The translations under genes were made by a program, and so were the position numbers. Below, piece by piece: positions 21,535-31,441 of a DNA stretch of 32,000 nucleotides (position 1 is its first letter; each line of letters opens with the position of its first letter). A model generated the notes under the pieces. That model was not told the DNA's origin. It did not search any database and saw only the letters and a list, made by a program, of their open reading frames with translations. The stretch spans positions 30,001 through 62,000 of the forward strand of contig JAZDEL010000009.1 of NCBI GenBank assembly GCA_043808785.1, given 5' to 3'. Origin of the DNA: Candidatus Iainarchaeum sp. (lineage in GTDB: Archaea > Iainarchaeota > Iainarchaeia > Iainarchaeales > JAZDEL01).

Positions 21535-24500
21535 ATGGCGCAGGAATGGATGCAGGGCATGCGTGAAATTTACTCGAGCCTTGAGGGCAAGTACTACGAC
21601 TTCCTCGACAAGGTAGACGAGAAAATCCCGATTTACAGGATAATCGACCCGATTGACAAGGTTGTGCCTTCATTCGCGCTGCTGCTTCTGCTTATTTTCC
21701 TTGCAATTGTTTTGCTGCTTGCCTCGGCTGTGTTCCTTGCCATCATGCAGCCCTCCGCGCTGTTCAGGGTTCAGGATGGAAAAGGGAACCCGCTTTCGGG
21801 AATAGAGGCTGTGGTTGAAAATTCCGCGGGTGCGGGCACCTTCACCACCGATGCGTTCGGCGAGTTCAGGGTTGCGATGGGCGAGGGGGAGGCGGATGTA
21901 AGCATTGACACCGAGGGATACAAGCCGTACTCCGCAACAATTCAGGTTTCCCTCGCCGAGCCGAACATAATAACCCTGCGCAGCGGCACGGTGCTGCTTG
22001 AGGGGGAGAAAACAATAACAGTCAAAATCAGGGATTCCGCGGGGCAGGCAATAAAATCGCTCGTGAACCTGCGCTTTTCGTGCAGTTACGGCACCGCACC
22101 GAGGGGCAGGACAACAAGCACGGGTTCGGCATCAATAGATGTAGAGCTTTCATGCGGAACCCTCACAACCGAGGCCTCTGCATACGGCTATGAAAACGGG
22201 CGCTCGAGCGATAATGTGCAGGCAACCGACACGGTAATTATAGCCATGAACGGCACAAGCACCTCCACAGGCAGCCTGCGTGCGGAGGTTTTCGACGCGG
22301 ACAGCGGTGAAAGGCTTCCGGGAGTGACGCTGAAATTATACAAGGAGAGCGAATACGGCACAAGCGCAACCCTCATGGAAACCGCGGAAACGGATTCATC
22401 GGGAGTGAATGTTTTTGAGGGGCTTTACGCAGGCACGTATTACGTAGGCGCGCAGGACATGTCGGAAGAATACATTTCCGCGGACAGCGGAAGCGTGACA
22501 GTTATAAGCGGCAGGCAGGCGGATGTGCAGATAGGGATGCGCAAAAGGGCCGAGCAGGACAGCGAGGCGGAAAAGCTGCTCCTGCAGTTTGTCGGCGCCG
22601 ATTCATCTGAACCAGTGGAGGGCGTGCTCGTATCGCTCTTTAACGGCGATGTTTTCGAAACCGCGGAGGAAACCGATTTCGAGGGGATTGTGGAGTTCAG
22701 GAACCTCGATAATGCGGACGAATATTCGATAGTAGCGGAGCACGCGGATTACCTTACGAAGGCGCTGATGAACCTCGAGCTTGTGCCGAAAACCAGCAAC
22801 GACCCGATGGTAATAGAGCTCACGCCGGCAACCGAAAGCAATGCAGGCACAGCGAACGTTTCCGTAAAGGATTACCTCGGCAACCCGCAGTATTCCGCAA
22901 CCGTGTACCTTTACGACGCGCAGTTTGAATTTTACGTAGGTTCGGGAACAGCGGACAGCGCGGGGAATGCGGAATTCACAAACCTGCCCGCGGGAACATA
23001 CTATGCCTATGCGGAAAAGGGCGCGCTTGAGGGCGTATCGGACGATGAGAGGCTTGATTCCGGCGGAACCATAGCCCTTTACGTAACCCTCGGCAATGCG
23101 ATGGGCGGCATAAGGGCGATTGTAACCGATAAGGGCGGCGCGCCCATAGAAGGGGCGGCTGTTGAATTCTTCGATGAGGCAAGCGGCGGGAAGCTCGGGG
23201 ATGCGCAGACAGGCGCGGACGGCCTAACGGAGGCGCTTACACTCCCGATAGAAACAAAGCCGTACCTGCGCATAGAAAAGGAAGGTTACCTGCCGTACAC
23301 GACAATCGCCTACACACTCAAGGTCGATGAAACAATAGATGCATTGGTTGTGCTCGAAAAGGGCGCCGCGGATTTCAGGGACGGGGCTCTTGAGATTTCG
23401 CTCATGGACGTGCTTGATGAAACAATGCAGCAGGCGGATGTGATTTCGCCCGGCAGCACTTATTATTTCATGTTCAATCTCCGCGTTTCCGATAATTTCG
23501 AAAACGCTGACGCGCTTGTAAGGGCGGGCCTGCAGGAGCAGGTGAATGAGGAGGATTCGGTTATTGTGATAACGGGCGTGGAGCGCTCGAATGCATCCGC
23601 AACACTCTCCGCATGCTACAATGCGGCGGACAATTATGCGGACTGCGAAATAACCGAGGGGGAAGCAAAGCAGGCAAGGCTCTCTTATGGCACGCTCGAG
23701 CGCGGAACGTATGAATTCATGGCAAAGGCGCACATACGCGATGTGCCCGAGGAGGGGCGCGCGGGCACGGTAATTGAGCTGAGATACGGGGCAAAGGGCA
23801 CGTACGGCGGCAGGGAAATTTACATGCCGAACAGCAGGGACCTTTATTACGCATCCTACAAATTCGGGCCCATAAGCAGGGGCAAGGGCAAACTCATATA
23901 TGAACTCACGCTCGAGGACCCGACAGGGGAGTATTACCCCGAGCCTGTTGAGGCGGGAAAGAAAACCCTTACCCTGCCTTTGGGTGAAAATTTCATATTG
24001 CATTACAAAATAACCAACACAACTGCGGAAGATTTCAGGAACGTGAAAATCTCCGCAGTGAACACCGACACAGCGCTTGAACTCGGCTACGCGGAGCGCG
24101 ATTTGGGTTTCCTCGGGCGCGGCACCTCCTTAAGCGATACGCTCGGGTTCAAAACAGCAAAGGATTCCGCAGCTGCGGTGCTGAAGCTGAGCCTTAACCT
24201 TAACCGCAATGATGCAAGTGCCTCTGCAAAATTCAAGGTCCTGCCCGCGGGAAAGATGAATGTTTCGCTCAGCCCGGGCAAACTTGTGCCGAACCTATCA
24301 ACAACAGTAACTGTTTTCGTTTCCGATGCATCCGGGGGAGCGCCGATTAAGGGCGCATACATAAGCGTCAAGCGCATAGAGGGTAGCACTGAAACGCCGC
24401 TGCCTTCGCTGACTGCTGAGAACGGCGGAATGGCTGATGATGCGGGCAAATATTCCATATGGTTCCCCGCGTACGATTATGATGAGCAGAACCCCGCAAA

Positions 24501-25230
24501 GTTCAGGGTAATTGCGCGGAAGAGGGGCTATGTTGATGCAAGTGCGGAAATAGCGCTTGAACCTCTGCCTCCCCCCGAGAAAGGGTTTGAAACAGGGCTT
24601 TCCTGCGTTGAAATAACCCCGCAAAGCGGCAAATGCACAAGGGGCGGAAAAGGGGAATTCACAATAATGAACAGGAACTGCAAGGCTGTTGTGGAGATTG
24701 CGCTTGGAAAGGCGGCTGCAGGCGATATTTCCGCGGAACCGGCGCTTGAAGAGGCTTTCGAGCTTGCGGACGCGCAGAGCAAAAAAGTAACTGTAACAAG
24801 CAACGAATACCTGGGCATACACCCCGTGTTCGTTTACGCGAATTTCAAGGGCAGCGCTGAACAGGCATGGGTTGCGACCTTTGAACTCATTGTCACGCAG
24901 ATGGGCACATGCCTTGAAATTGCGGATAATAAATTCACATACGACCTCCTGCAGGGCGACAATAAGGGAACTGCCAAGAATATGTGCTATTCAGGCTACT
25001 ATGACGCCCGTGCGGAGGGCGCAAGCGAGGGGGAAACTGCGGGCTATTACCCGAATGTTGAAACCCCGGATGAAAAGGGGCTTGTGTTCAGGGTAAGCGA
25101 ACCGCGCGATTGCACGGGCAGCGGAGGCGCTATAAAGGGATGCAGCCTATTCGATTACATGATGATTAACCGCGGAATGAAGGGCGAACAGTACGTGCTT
25201 ATGAATGTCGAGGATTACAGGACAGGATGA
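21535..25230 (+). CDS. Large N-terminally anchored surface protein with about 7 carboxypeptidase-regulatory-like (prealbumin-fold) modules
   Basis: ORF 21469 (GTG)..25230. ATG 21535 is preferred, and GTG 21469 (30 nt after the TATA-like box) cannot be excluded. A short cytoplasmic head (EGKYYDFLDKVDEKIPIYRIIDPIDKVVPSF) is followed by a TM (ALLLLLIFLAIVLLLASAVFLAI). Repeated modules of the pattern xVxDxxGxPxxGxxVxLx...TDxxGxxxFxxLxxGTYY follow, then an unassigned C-terminal half. Confidence 0.8.
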   Translation: MAQEWMQGMREIYSSLEGKYYDFLDKVDEKIPIYRIIDPIDKVVPSFALLLLLIFLAIVLLLASAVFLAIMQPSALFRVQDGKGNPLSGIEAVVENSAGAGTFTTDAFGEFRVAMGEGEADVSIDTEGYKPYSATIQVSLAEPNIITLRSGTVLLEGEKTITVKIRDSAGQAIKSLVNLRFSCSYGTAPRGRTTSTGSASIDVELSCGTLTTEASAYGYENGRSSDNVQATDTVIIAMNGTSTSTGSLRAEVFDADSGERLPGVTLKLYKESEYGTSATLMETAETDSSGVNVFEGLYAGTYYVGAQDMSEEYISADSGSVTVISGRQADVQIGMRKRAEQDSEAEKLLLQFVGADSSEPVEGVLVSLFNGDVFETAEETDFEGIVEFRNLDNADEYSIVAEHADYLTKALMNLELVPKTSNDPMVIELTPATESNAGTANVSVKDYLGNPQYSATVYLYDAQFEFYVGSGTADSAGNAEFTNLPAGTYYAYAEKGALEGVSDDERLDSGGTIALYVTLGNAMGGIRAIVTDKGGAPIEGAAVEFFDEASGGKLGDAQTGADGLTEALTLPIETKPYLRIEKEGYLPYTTIAYTLKVDETIDALVVLEKGAADFRDGALEISLMDVLDETMQQADVISPGSTYYFMFNLRVSDNFENADALVRAGLQEQVNEEDSVIVITGVERSNASATLSACYNAADNYADCEITEGEAKQARLSYGTLERGTYEFMAKAHIRDVPEEGRAGTVIELRYGAKGTYGGREIYMPNSRDLYYASYKFGPISRGKGKLIYELTLEDPTGEYYPEPVEAGKKTLTLPLGENFILHYKITNTTAEDFRNVKISAVNTDTALELGYAERDLGFLGRGTSLSDTLGFKTAKDSAAAVLKLSLNLNRNDASASAKFKVLPAGKMNVSLSPGKLVPNLSTTVTVFVSDASGGAPIKGAYISVKRIEGSTETPLPSLTAENGGMADDAGKYSIWFPAYDYDEQNPAKFRVIARKRGYVDASAEIALEPLPPPEKGFETGLSCVEITPQSGKCTRGGKGEFTIMNRNCKAVVEIALGKAAAGDISAEPALEEAFELADAQSKKVTVTSNEYLGIHPVFVYANFKGSAEQAWVATFELIVTQMGTCLEIADNKFTYDLLQGDNKGTAKNMCYSGYYDARAEGASEGETAGYYPNVETPDEKGLVFRVSEPRDCTGSGGAIKGCSLFDYMMINRGMKGEQYVLMNVEDYRTG

Positions 25231-25242
25231 TTATGGTGGCGG

Positions 25243-27081
25243 ATGCAGATGGCTATCTGGAGGCTGGCAGTTATGAGGGCTAACCTTGCGGCAATTGCGC
25301 TCATTCTTGCGCTTATCCTGCCCTGTGCATATTCGGCCTCATCACCCCCGGATATTTTCATAAAGGGCGCACTGCAGGTGCAGGCGGAAAAGGATGTGCT
25401 TAATGCGGGGGAAGCGTTGAAACTCAAAATCACGGTTTCGAACCTCGGCGATTGCCCTATTGCGGACGGCGCGGTTGTTGTTGAAATTGTTAGGGGTGCG
25501 GGAATGCCTTACCCTTCGCAGTCCTCGGATGCGGGCACGGTGTTTTATGAGGAAGTGCTTGGCGGAATAACCCTTGCCGCGGGTCAGAAAAAGGAAATTT
25601 CATTCGGGTATGTTCTGCCTTCTGACATTTCCGCGGGTGATTATGCCGCGCAGTTATATTTCCGCACCGCAAGGGCGCCGATTGCGGGGATTGCGCACCT
25701 GTTCGCATCGCCGCTTACGGTTCCGTTCAAGGTTGCGAACCAGGCGGCATCTGCAGAATTCCCGATGCTGAACATTGTTCGCACAAAAACCGAGTTTAAT
25801 GGTTACACAGGCCCTGTGGGCGCGCCGGCGGAAGCGGGCTCGAAAATAATTGGCAGGGTTTACGTGCAGAACCTTTCGAGAATAGAGGTTAGCGGTGCGG
25901 AGGTTTTCGTGGCACTGTGCGAGTGGGACGATACTGCCTGCGATAAATATATTTCGGAAAGCACGCAGGCACTGCAGGCCCTGAAAGCCGGCGCAACCGC
26001 AAGCGCGGATGCCGAACTCAGCGCCCCTACTCAGCCTTCCGCCTATGCGATACGCATCGAGGTGCGCGATGCGCAGGGAAGGGTGCTGTCCCTTTACAGG
26101 AACCGCGTTATTGTGCAGGGCGGCACTGCCAAGATACGCAAGATGCTCCTGAACAAGGCTGCTTTTGCACAGGGCGATGCGATTGAGGTTAATTTCCTCC
26201 TCGGCCCGAGCCCGGACCATTACGCAAACCCCGTGTTTGAGAATTTTTCGCTGGATGTGGAATTGAAGGGCACTGGAGGGGGAGGCGTTTCCCTAACAGG
26301 CAGCGAGAACTACGCAAAAATCTCATCCGAAACAGGTTATTATGAAAAGCGGTTTACGTTCACCGCCCCCGAAGCGCTGGCGCAATTCACGCTCTGCGGA
26401 AAGGTTGTGAAGGAAGGCAAGGAGTACGACAGGTACTGCTATGAGGTCAATTCAGCCGGTTTCGCTGTGGAGAAGAAAATCGAATCCAAACTTTCCGCGG
26501 AATGGAAATACGAAAAAACATCGGGCTTACTCACGCTGAAACTCTGCAGGCTTTCCGCGGGGAAGGAAATTGACATGAACTCGCATTATTTCCTGCAGGA
26601 CAGCGCAAGCGGCGAAATTGTGAAGCAGCGCTTCTTCTCATCGCGCGGATGTTACTCGGACGTGCTTCCGGTTCCGCAGGCGAAGTATCTGCTTGTGCTT
26701 GACGATTACATCTCGAAAACGCAGAAGAGTTTTGCCATGGATTTGTTCAGGGCGCCGGAGGAGAAGCCTGTGGGGGCTGAAAAAACCTGCGCCCAGTTGG
26801 GCGGCTCTGTCTGCCCGCAGGGCGAAGGCTGCACCGCAACGTTTGCGCGCGCATCCGACAGCGCAAGGTGCTGCACCGCAAAGTGCGCCCCGAAAGGAAG
26901 CGTGCCGCCCCCGCAGTCAGGCGGTGATTTATTCTCATTCTTCCTTATACTTATCGGCGTTGTGCTCCTTGCAATAGCATTCCTCATACTCAGGAAAGGG
27001 CGCAAAAAGGAAACGCCTTTCCCCGCGGACAGCAGGAAGCGCTGGGAGTACGCGCAGCCAGGGGGTGCGGAGCTTGGGTAA
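25243..27081 (+). CDS. Secreted protein with a Cys-rich stalk, C-terminal TM anchor and ~30-aa cytoplasmic tail
   Basis: It starts 12 nt after the upstream stop. An alternative start, ATG 25273, has GGAGG 9 nt upstream. Signal peptide MRANLAAIALILALILPCAYSA. CARDB-like strands (GEALKLKITVSNLGDCPIADGAVVV). CAQLGGSVCPQGEGCTATFARASDSARCCTAKC is followed by the TM FFLILIGVVLLAIAFLIL-RKGRKK. Confidence 0.75.
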   Translation: MQMAIWRLAVMRANLAAIALILALILPCAYSASSPPDIFIKGALQVQAEKDVLNAGEALKLKITVSNLGDCPIADGAVVVEIVRGAGMPYPSQSSDAGTVFYEEVLGGITLAAGQKKEISFGYVLPSDISAGDYAAQLYFRTARAPIAGIAHLFASPLTVPFKVANQAASAEFPMLNIVRTKTEFNGYTGPVGAPAEAGSKIIGRVYVQNLSRIEVSGAEVFVALCEWDDTACDKYISESTQALQALKAGATASADAELSAPTQPSAYAIRIEVRDAQGRVLSLYRNRVIVQGGTAKIRKMLLNKAAFAQGDAIEVNFLLGPSPDHYANPVFENFSLDVELKGTGGGGVSLTGSENYAKISSETGYYEKRFTFTAPEALAQFTLCGKVVKEGKEYDRYCYEVNSAGFAVEKKIESKLSAEWKYEKTSGLLTLKLCRLSAGKEIDMNSHYFLQDSASGEIVKQRFFSSRGCYSDVLPVPQAKYLLVLDDYISKTQKSFAMDLFRAPEEKPVGAEKTCAQLGGSVCPQGEGCTATFARASDSARCCTAKCAPKGSVPPPQSGGDLFSFFLILIGVVLLAIAFLILRKGRKKETPFPADSRKRWEYAQPGGAELG

Positions 27082-30000
27082 GAGGCTGATATTTGCGTTC
27101 CTTGCGTTGGCTGCGTTCTCCGCAATTGCCGCTCACGCTGCAGCGGCGGGAACTGATGAAGCCCCGGGCCTTGGTCTGGACTGCAATAAGGCCAAGGAAG
27201 TCTGGGACGAGATGCGCACCCATCCTTCAGGGAGCATTTATGAGGAACTGCAGGGCTGGATGTCTTATATTTATTGGGAGAACCAGAGCGCAAAAGCAGG
27301 CTCCCCGCTGAGGTGGTGGCTGTTCGGGGGGCAATGCAATTTATTCTGCAATGGCTGCAAATGCATTGAGCGGCCTTTCTACATGCATTATTACCTCGAC
27401 GAATGCCCCGACGGCAAAGCGCTGGGCTATCCCGAAGATTATCCGCTATACCCCCCGGACTCCTCGCCATATCCCCCGGGTTCATCATCCGGGTATCGTA
27501 TGCCGCACTGCCAGTGGGTCGGGGACGGCGACAGCATCAGCATGGACGGCAAAATTTATTTCATAGATGCGCAGGGCGCCGAAAAAGAAGCGCAGCCTCT
27601 TGAGGGCGAGGGGCCTGCGGATTACTCGGTTTCGCGCATGGGAACCCTGCTCATAAAGGACATAGGAACTTTCAACACAAGCTGTGTTGATGGGGTGGCA
27701 ATGCAGGGCGTAACCCCGCCGATGAGGGTTTATGCGAGATACAGGAACTTTGAAAAAGGCCAGTGGGGCGCCTGGCAGGGCCCTTCGAATAACTACTCCA
27801 CCGACAGCGACCAGATTTCATGCCACGGCGGGAAATTCCTGAAAACTACGGGGGGAAATTCTTTCGAGGCTTACAGTTTCGGCAACACGGGATATTATGA
27901 CGTGAGCGTGCAGTATGCGGTTTACAGCAACGGCGCAAAGTGGCAAGAGTGGAAGAGGCTCACTATTGTTGTGCCGAGCATAAGGGCGAAAATAACCGCC
28001 CCAAAGGCAGCGCACCTCGGCTTCTTCAAGGAAGAGGGCAAAGAGGGCAAAAAAAGCAAGGATTTCGTCTGGGAAATAGAGAACACAGGGGAAAGCCCCT
28101 TCATGATAAAGGAAGTAACCGCAACAGGCTGCGGAAAGGATGCAGCAGGGAAGGACACAGGCCTTGAATGCAAATTCCCCGCGTTCGCAAGCGGCACCCT
28201 TGTGGAGCCGGGGGCATCATACATGCTTCAGGAGAACGTTTCCGCATCCCGCCCGGCTGCCTCGCCGCAAAAAAAGGAGTTCGGGATTGATGTGAAGTTT
28301 GCGGATGAATTCGGCCTTGACGCGGAGAACATGGGCGAAGTAATCCCCGTGGGGCAGGACTTGATTTTCACTGCAGTCGGCTATTCGTTCACCCCTTATG
28401 AAAAGGGCGGAATAATCGAGAACCTTGCTGCAGGCGAGTATTACCTGCAGGTCTGCACCGATTCGGACAGGGTTGCGGGGGTTATCGAGCCGATGATAAG
28501 CCTTGTTGTCGAATACGATGCGGGGGACGAAAAAAACCCGGACATGCGGGTTGCCAACGCAACCTTCCACGCGAGCGACCACTGCAGCGGAGGCAAGTTC
28601 TTCTATTATTCGGGCAATGACGGCACAAACACCGCAAAAATCGTGCTGAAAAAGGACCAAAACCTGCACTGGACCCTGCGCGGCAAGGTCGGCATAGAAT
28701 CCGCAGGCCCCGGCGCTTACAAGAGCGACTGGGCGAGGATAGGGAAAAAAATAAACAAGGACACGAATTATGTCGAGGGCTTTGAAGATGTGCTTGACGC
28801 GAACATAGGGGCGCAGAAAACCCTTTCAAAAACTTCGGGCCCGCACTCAGGAAAAGTTTCAATAGACGACGGCATAATCAAGCTCGGCAGCTTCAAGGAA
28901 CAGGTAAAGATAGGCCCGCCGGCAAACGGCGGCATGGCGCCTATTTCCTACGGGCTCACGGGTGTTGTTATAGGCGGCAAGCCCTTTACCGGAATTTCAT
29001 CAAGCTACACAAGCACAATAAGCGACCCTAAAAGGGGCGATATGAATACTTCGCTCTGGATAGATGAGGCAAGCGCGGATGTTTTCGCAAGCACGCAATA
29101 TTACAAGGTCAAGGAGGACGCGAAGCAAAATGCGGAACTCGCCCTCCTATGGCTCGACAGGGAGCAGTTTGTAATAAGGGTCGGGAGCGGGCAGGCGGGG
29201 GTGTGCCATGATGCCGCGGGCACGGCGGGCTTCAGCGGCTCCGCCGCCGTGCCAAGGGTGAACTACAACTGGAGCTGGGATTCCATAGGTGCGAACGGGT
29301 GCGACGCGGGCAACGACAATTACATATACTGCGACGCAACGCAGTTCGGAATAGAGCTTGTGCAGAGGCTCAATGCGATAAAGGAGCTGACGAAGGGCGG
29401 GGGCACGGAGCTTGATGCGGAGTCTCTCGAGGAACTGAAGGGGCTTATGCACTTCCAGGTTTACCTCATGCGCGACGCATTCACGGATGATTTCAGGAAG
29501 GACTTTGACAATTACATGAATTCCTCGGTTTTCGCCGACACGCCGAGTTATTACACGCAGGGCTGGTCGAAATATTTCACGGACAAGGGGCGCCTTGTTT
29601 TCGATGTGGCGGATGCCGCGGACACTACGCTGCGCACCCCCGGCCTGTACAATGTCGACATATCCCTCGAATTCCCGAAACTGCAGGATTATGTCTTCTT
29701 CCTTGGAGAGGAGCCGAACGCGGAAATAAAAGTGCTCTTCACAAAGCTGCCATTCGCGGGCGGGGCTGAAAGCGCCGCGAGCGTCCTCTACTACCTCCCC
29801 TTCGATGCAGGGCTAGGCCTTAACCCAAGCACGGGAAAGTTCGAGCGCGAAGGATATGGGGTCGGGTTCGGCGGTGATACCGTGCCCCTGAGCCTTTCAA
29901 CCGCGGGAGGGGGCGCGCTCGTAGAAACAATCCCCGCGGACAAGACAAAGGGGCCGCTTGTTAACCTTGCTGTGGCGGAGATATCGGACTTCGATTACCT

Positions 30001-30688
30001 GCAGAAGCAGAAGAGCGGCAGCGTGCTCGGCATAGAGCGCGTGAAAGAAGGGGAATACAAAATGGAATACAGCCCCAGTTATGCAACCCCCGTGATTATG
30101 GAGGCCTGGGCGGATGCGGGAACCGCTGGGGCGTTCTACAGGATAGAGGAGGGCAATGAAATCCTCGGCAAGGATGGCGGTTACTTGTCCTACTGGAGGG
30201 CGATTGCCGAGAACATAAGCGACGGCAAGGAGTGCGCGGATTATGCGGGTGAGGAACTGCCGTACGCAAAGGCGGATTACCCCGCATCTTCGGGCGATGC
30301 ATGCAAGCTTTCGGTGCAGGATGCGGGGGGAACATTCGGCCTTGCATGGGAGACAGGACTTGCAGGGAAAATTTACCTTGAATCCGTTTTCTACACCCCG
30401 CTGAACAGTTCCATGGCGCTTGCAAACGCCTGCTCCTCGACAGGCAGGTTCTATTCGAAACTGAACCGCGCGGACCCGGGTTCCGCAAGCAGGGCGCTCA
30501 GCCTTAAGGGCTACGGCCAGGACTACGGCTCGGTGCAGGGCATGCTGCAGGGAATAAAAGCGGGGGAGCTCTGCGCAACCTCCGGCGGGGAGCACTTCGA
30601 CGTCTGGTGGAACGCGGGAAAATTGAGCGAGGAAATGCGCAATGCGATGTCCGACAAGAGCCCGGTTGCCGACCCCTGCCCGCACTAA
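27065..30688 (+). CDS. Large (~1200 aa) secreted Cys-containing protein, with no anchor and no recognised domain
   Basis: It overlaps the upstream gene by 17 nt (GTG 27065). TTG 27074 has GGGGGTG 6 nt upstream. Signal peptide KRLIFAFLALAAFSAIAAHA. The N-terminal region is Cys- and Trp-rich, with a Pro/Tyr stretch (YPEDYPLYPPDSSPYPPGSSSGY). There is no C-terminal TM. Confidence 0.75.
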   Translation: MRSLGKRLIFAFLALAAFSAIAAHAAAAGTDEAPGLGLDCNKAKEVWDEMRTHPSGSIYEELQGWMSYIYWENQSAKAGSPLRWWLFGGQCNLFCNGCKCIERPFYMHYYLDECPDGKALGYPEDYPLYPPDSSPYPPGSSSGYRMPHCQWVGDGDSISMDGKIYFIDAQGAEKEAQPLEGEGPADYSVSRMGTLLIKDIGTFNTSCVDGVAMQGVTPPMRVYARYRNFEKGQWGAWQGPSNNYSTDSDQISCHGGKFLKTTGGNSFEAYSFGNTGYYDVSVQYAVYSNGAKWQEWKRLTIVVPSIRAKITAPKAAHLGFFKEEGKEGKKSKDFVWEIENTGESPFMIKEVTATGCGKDAAGKDTGLECKFPAFASGTLVEPGASYMLQENVSASRPAASPQKKEFGIDVKFADEFGLDAENMGEVIPVGQDLIFTAVGYSFTPYEKGGIIENLAAGEYYLQVCTDSDRVAGVIEPMISLVVEYDAGDEKNPDMRVANATFHASDHCSGGKFFYYSGNDGTNTAKIVLKKDQNLHWTLRGKVGIESAGPGAYKSDWARIGKKINKDTNYVEGFEDVLDANIGAQKTLSKTSGPHSGKVSIDDGIIKLGSFKEQVKIGPPANGGMAPISYGLTGVVIGGKPFTGISSSYTSTISDPKRGDMNTSLWIDEASADVFASTQYYKVKEDAKQNAELALLWLDREQFVIRVGSGQAGVCHDAAGTAGFSGSAAVPRVNYNWSWDSIGANGCDAGNDNYIYCDATQFGIELVQRLNAIKELTKGGGTELDAESLEELKGLMHFQVYLMRDAFTDDFRKDFDNYMNSSVFADTPSYYTQGWSKYFTDKGRLVFDVADAADTTLRTPGLYNVDISLEFPKLQDYVFFLGEEPNAEIKVLFTKLPFAGGAESAASVLYYLPFDAGLGLNPSTGKFEREGYGVGFGGDTVPLSLSTAGGGALVETIPADKTKGPLVNLAVAEISDFDYLQKQKSGSVLGIERVKEGEYKMEYSPSYATPVIMEAWADAGTAGAFYRIEEGNEILGKDGGYLSYWRAIAENISDGKECADYAGEELPYAKADYPASSGDACKLSVQDAGGTFGLAWETGLAGKIYLESVFYTPLNSSMALANACSSTGRFYSKLNRADPGSASRALSLKGYGQDYGSVQGMLQGIKAGELCATSGGEHFDVWWNAGKLSEEMRNAMSDKSPVADPCPH

Positions 30689-30928
30689 ATGAAAGGTCGG
30701 TTAAAGAATAGGCATAATTGAAATCGGCATCAAGGGGCTGCGGAAAAAATCGCGAAAGAGGCAAACCAGGGATCTGCTCGGCCTTTGAAAAAAAGCCGGC
30801 GAAAAGAATTCGCAATGCAGTGTGGCTTGCCTCCTCAACTCCCAATACTTTACGCATTGTGCCTGGATGTTTTTAAATACCTTTTCACACGGGCAAAAAG
30901 AGTTTTTGTGTTTTCGGGTGTCCGCAAC

Positions 30929-30937
30929 ATTTAAATA
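30929..30937 (+). promoter_or_regulatory. TATA box for gene 30962..31360
   Basis: CATTTAAATACA, about 25 nt before ATG 30962. Confidence 0.45.
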
Positions 30938-30961
30938 CATCCGCGGCGATATGTTGGAAGT

Positions 30962-31360
30962 ATGGGCATCCTTGAACAGCCGGCTTTTGCATGCGCGGGC
31001 AATGCCGCAAATTATGCGGGCACAATGACGCTGGCGACCATATGGCTTTTGCAGCTTCTCTTTGCGGCGATTTATTTCTCCACGATAAAAACAAAAATCT
31101 CGCGCAGGCTGCTGACCTCCATAACCGTTGCGAACATAATACTCATGCCGGGCATTGTTGTCCTGCCCTCGCTGTTCTCGTACGCGCTTCCGGCATCCGT
31201 GATGCTTGCGTTGGTGCCGGTTGCCGTAATCGCGGAATCCCTGCTCATTTTCCTGCCGAACAGGGATGTAATTACGCTTGAAAAATCGTTCATGTTCAGC
31301 GTAACCATAAGCTTCATCTCGTTCGTTCCGTTCGTATTCGCGATGAACTTCCTGTGCTGA
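30962..31360 (+). CDS. Small polytopic membrane protein (hypothetical, ~4 TM)
   Basis: 132-aa ORF with hydrophobic segments (TIWLLQLLFAAIYF; ANIILMPGIVVLPSLF; VMLALVPVAVIAESLLIF; FSVTISFISFVPFVFAM). The start could instead be M22 (31025). Confidence 0.5.
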   Translation: MGILEQPAFACAGNAANYAGTMTLATIWLLQLLFAAIYFSTIKTKISRRLLTSITVANIILMPGIVVLPSLFSYALPASVMLALVPVAVIAESLLIFLPNRDVITLEKSFMFSVTISFISFVPFVFAMNFLC

Positions 31361-31441
31361 GAACCCTCCCCGCAGATCCTGCAGTAACCTTTTTATACCA
31401 GTTCGAACCTCATTTAGGCATCAGCGCGTTGCTACTATGAA

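Noticed and set aside
21469-30688. Long antisense ORFs inside the large + strand genes (e.g. 23224..24003, 26706..27488, 28217..28669, 29897..30685, 24298..24822)
   Set aside because: All are embedded antisense in long ORFs that have signal peptides and repeated domain patterns. They are Arg/Cys/Pro-rich and are shadow ORFs.
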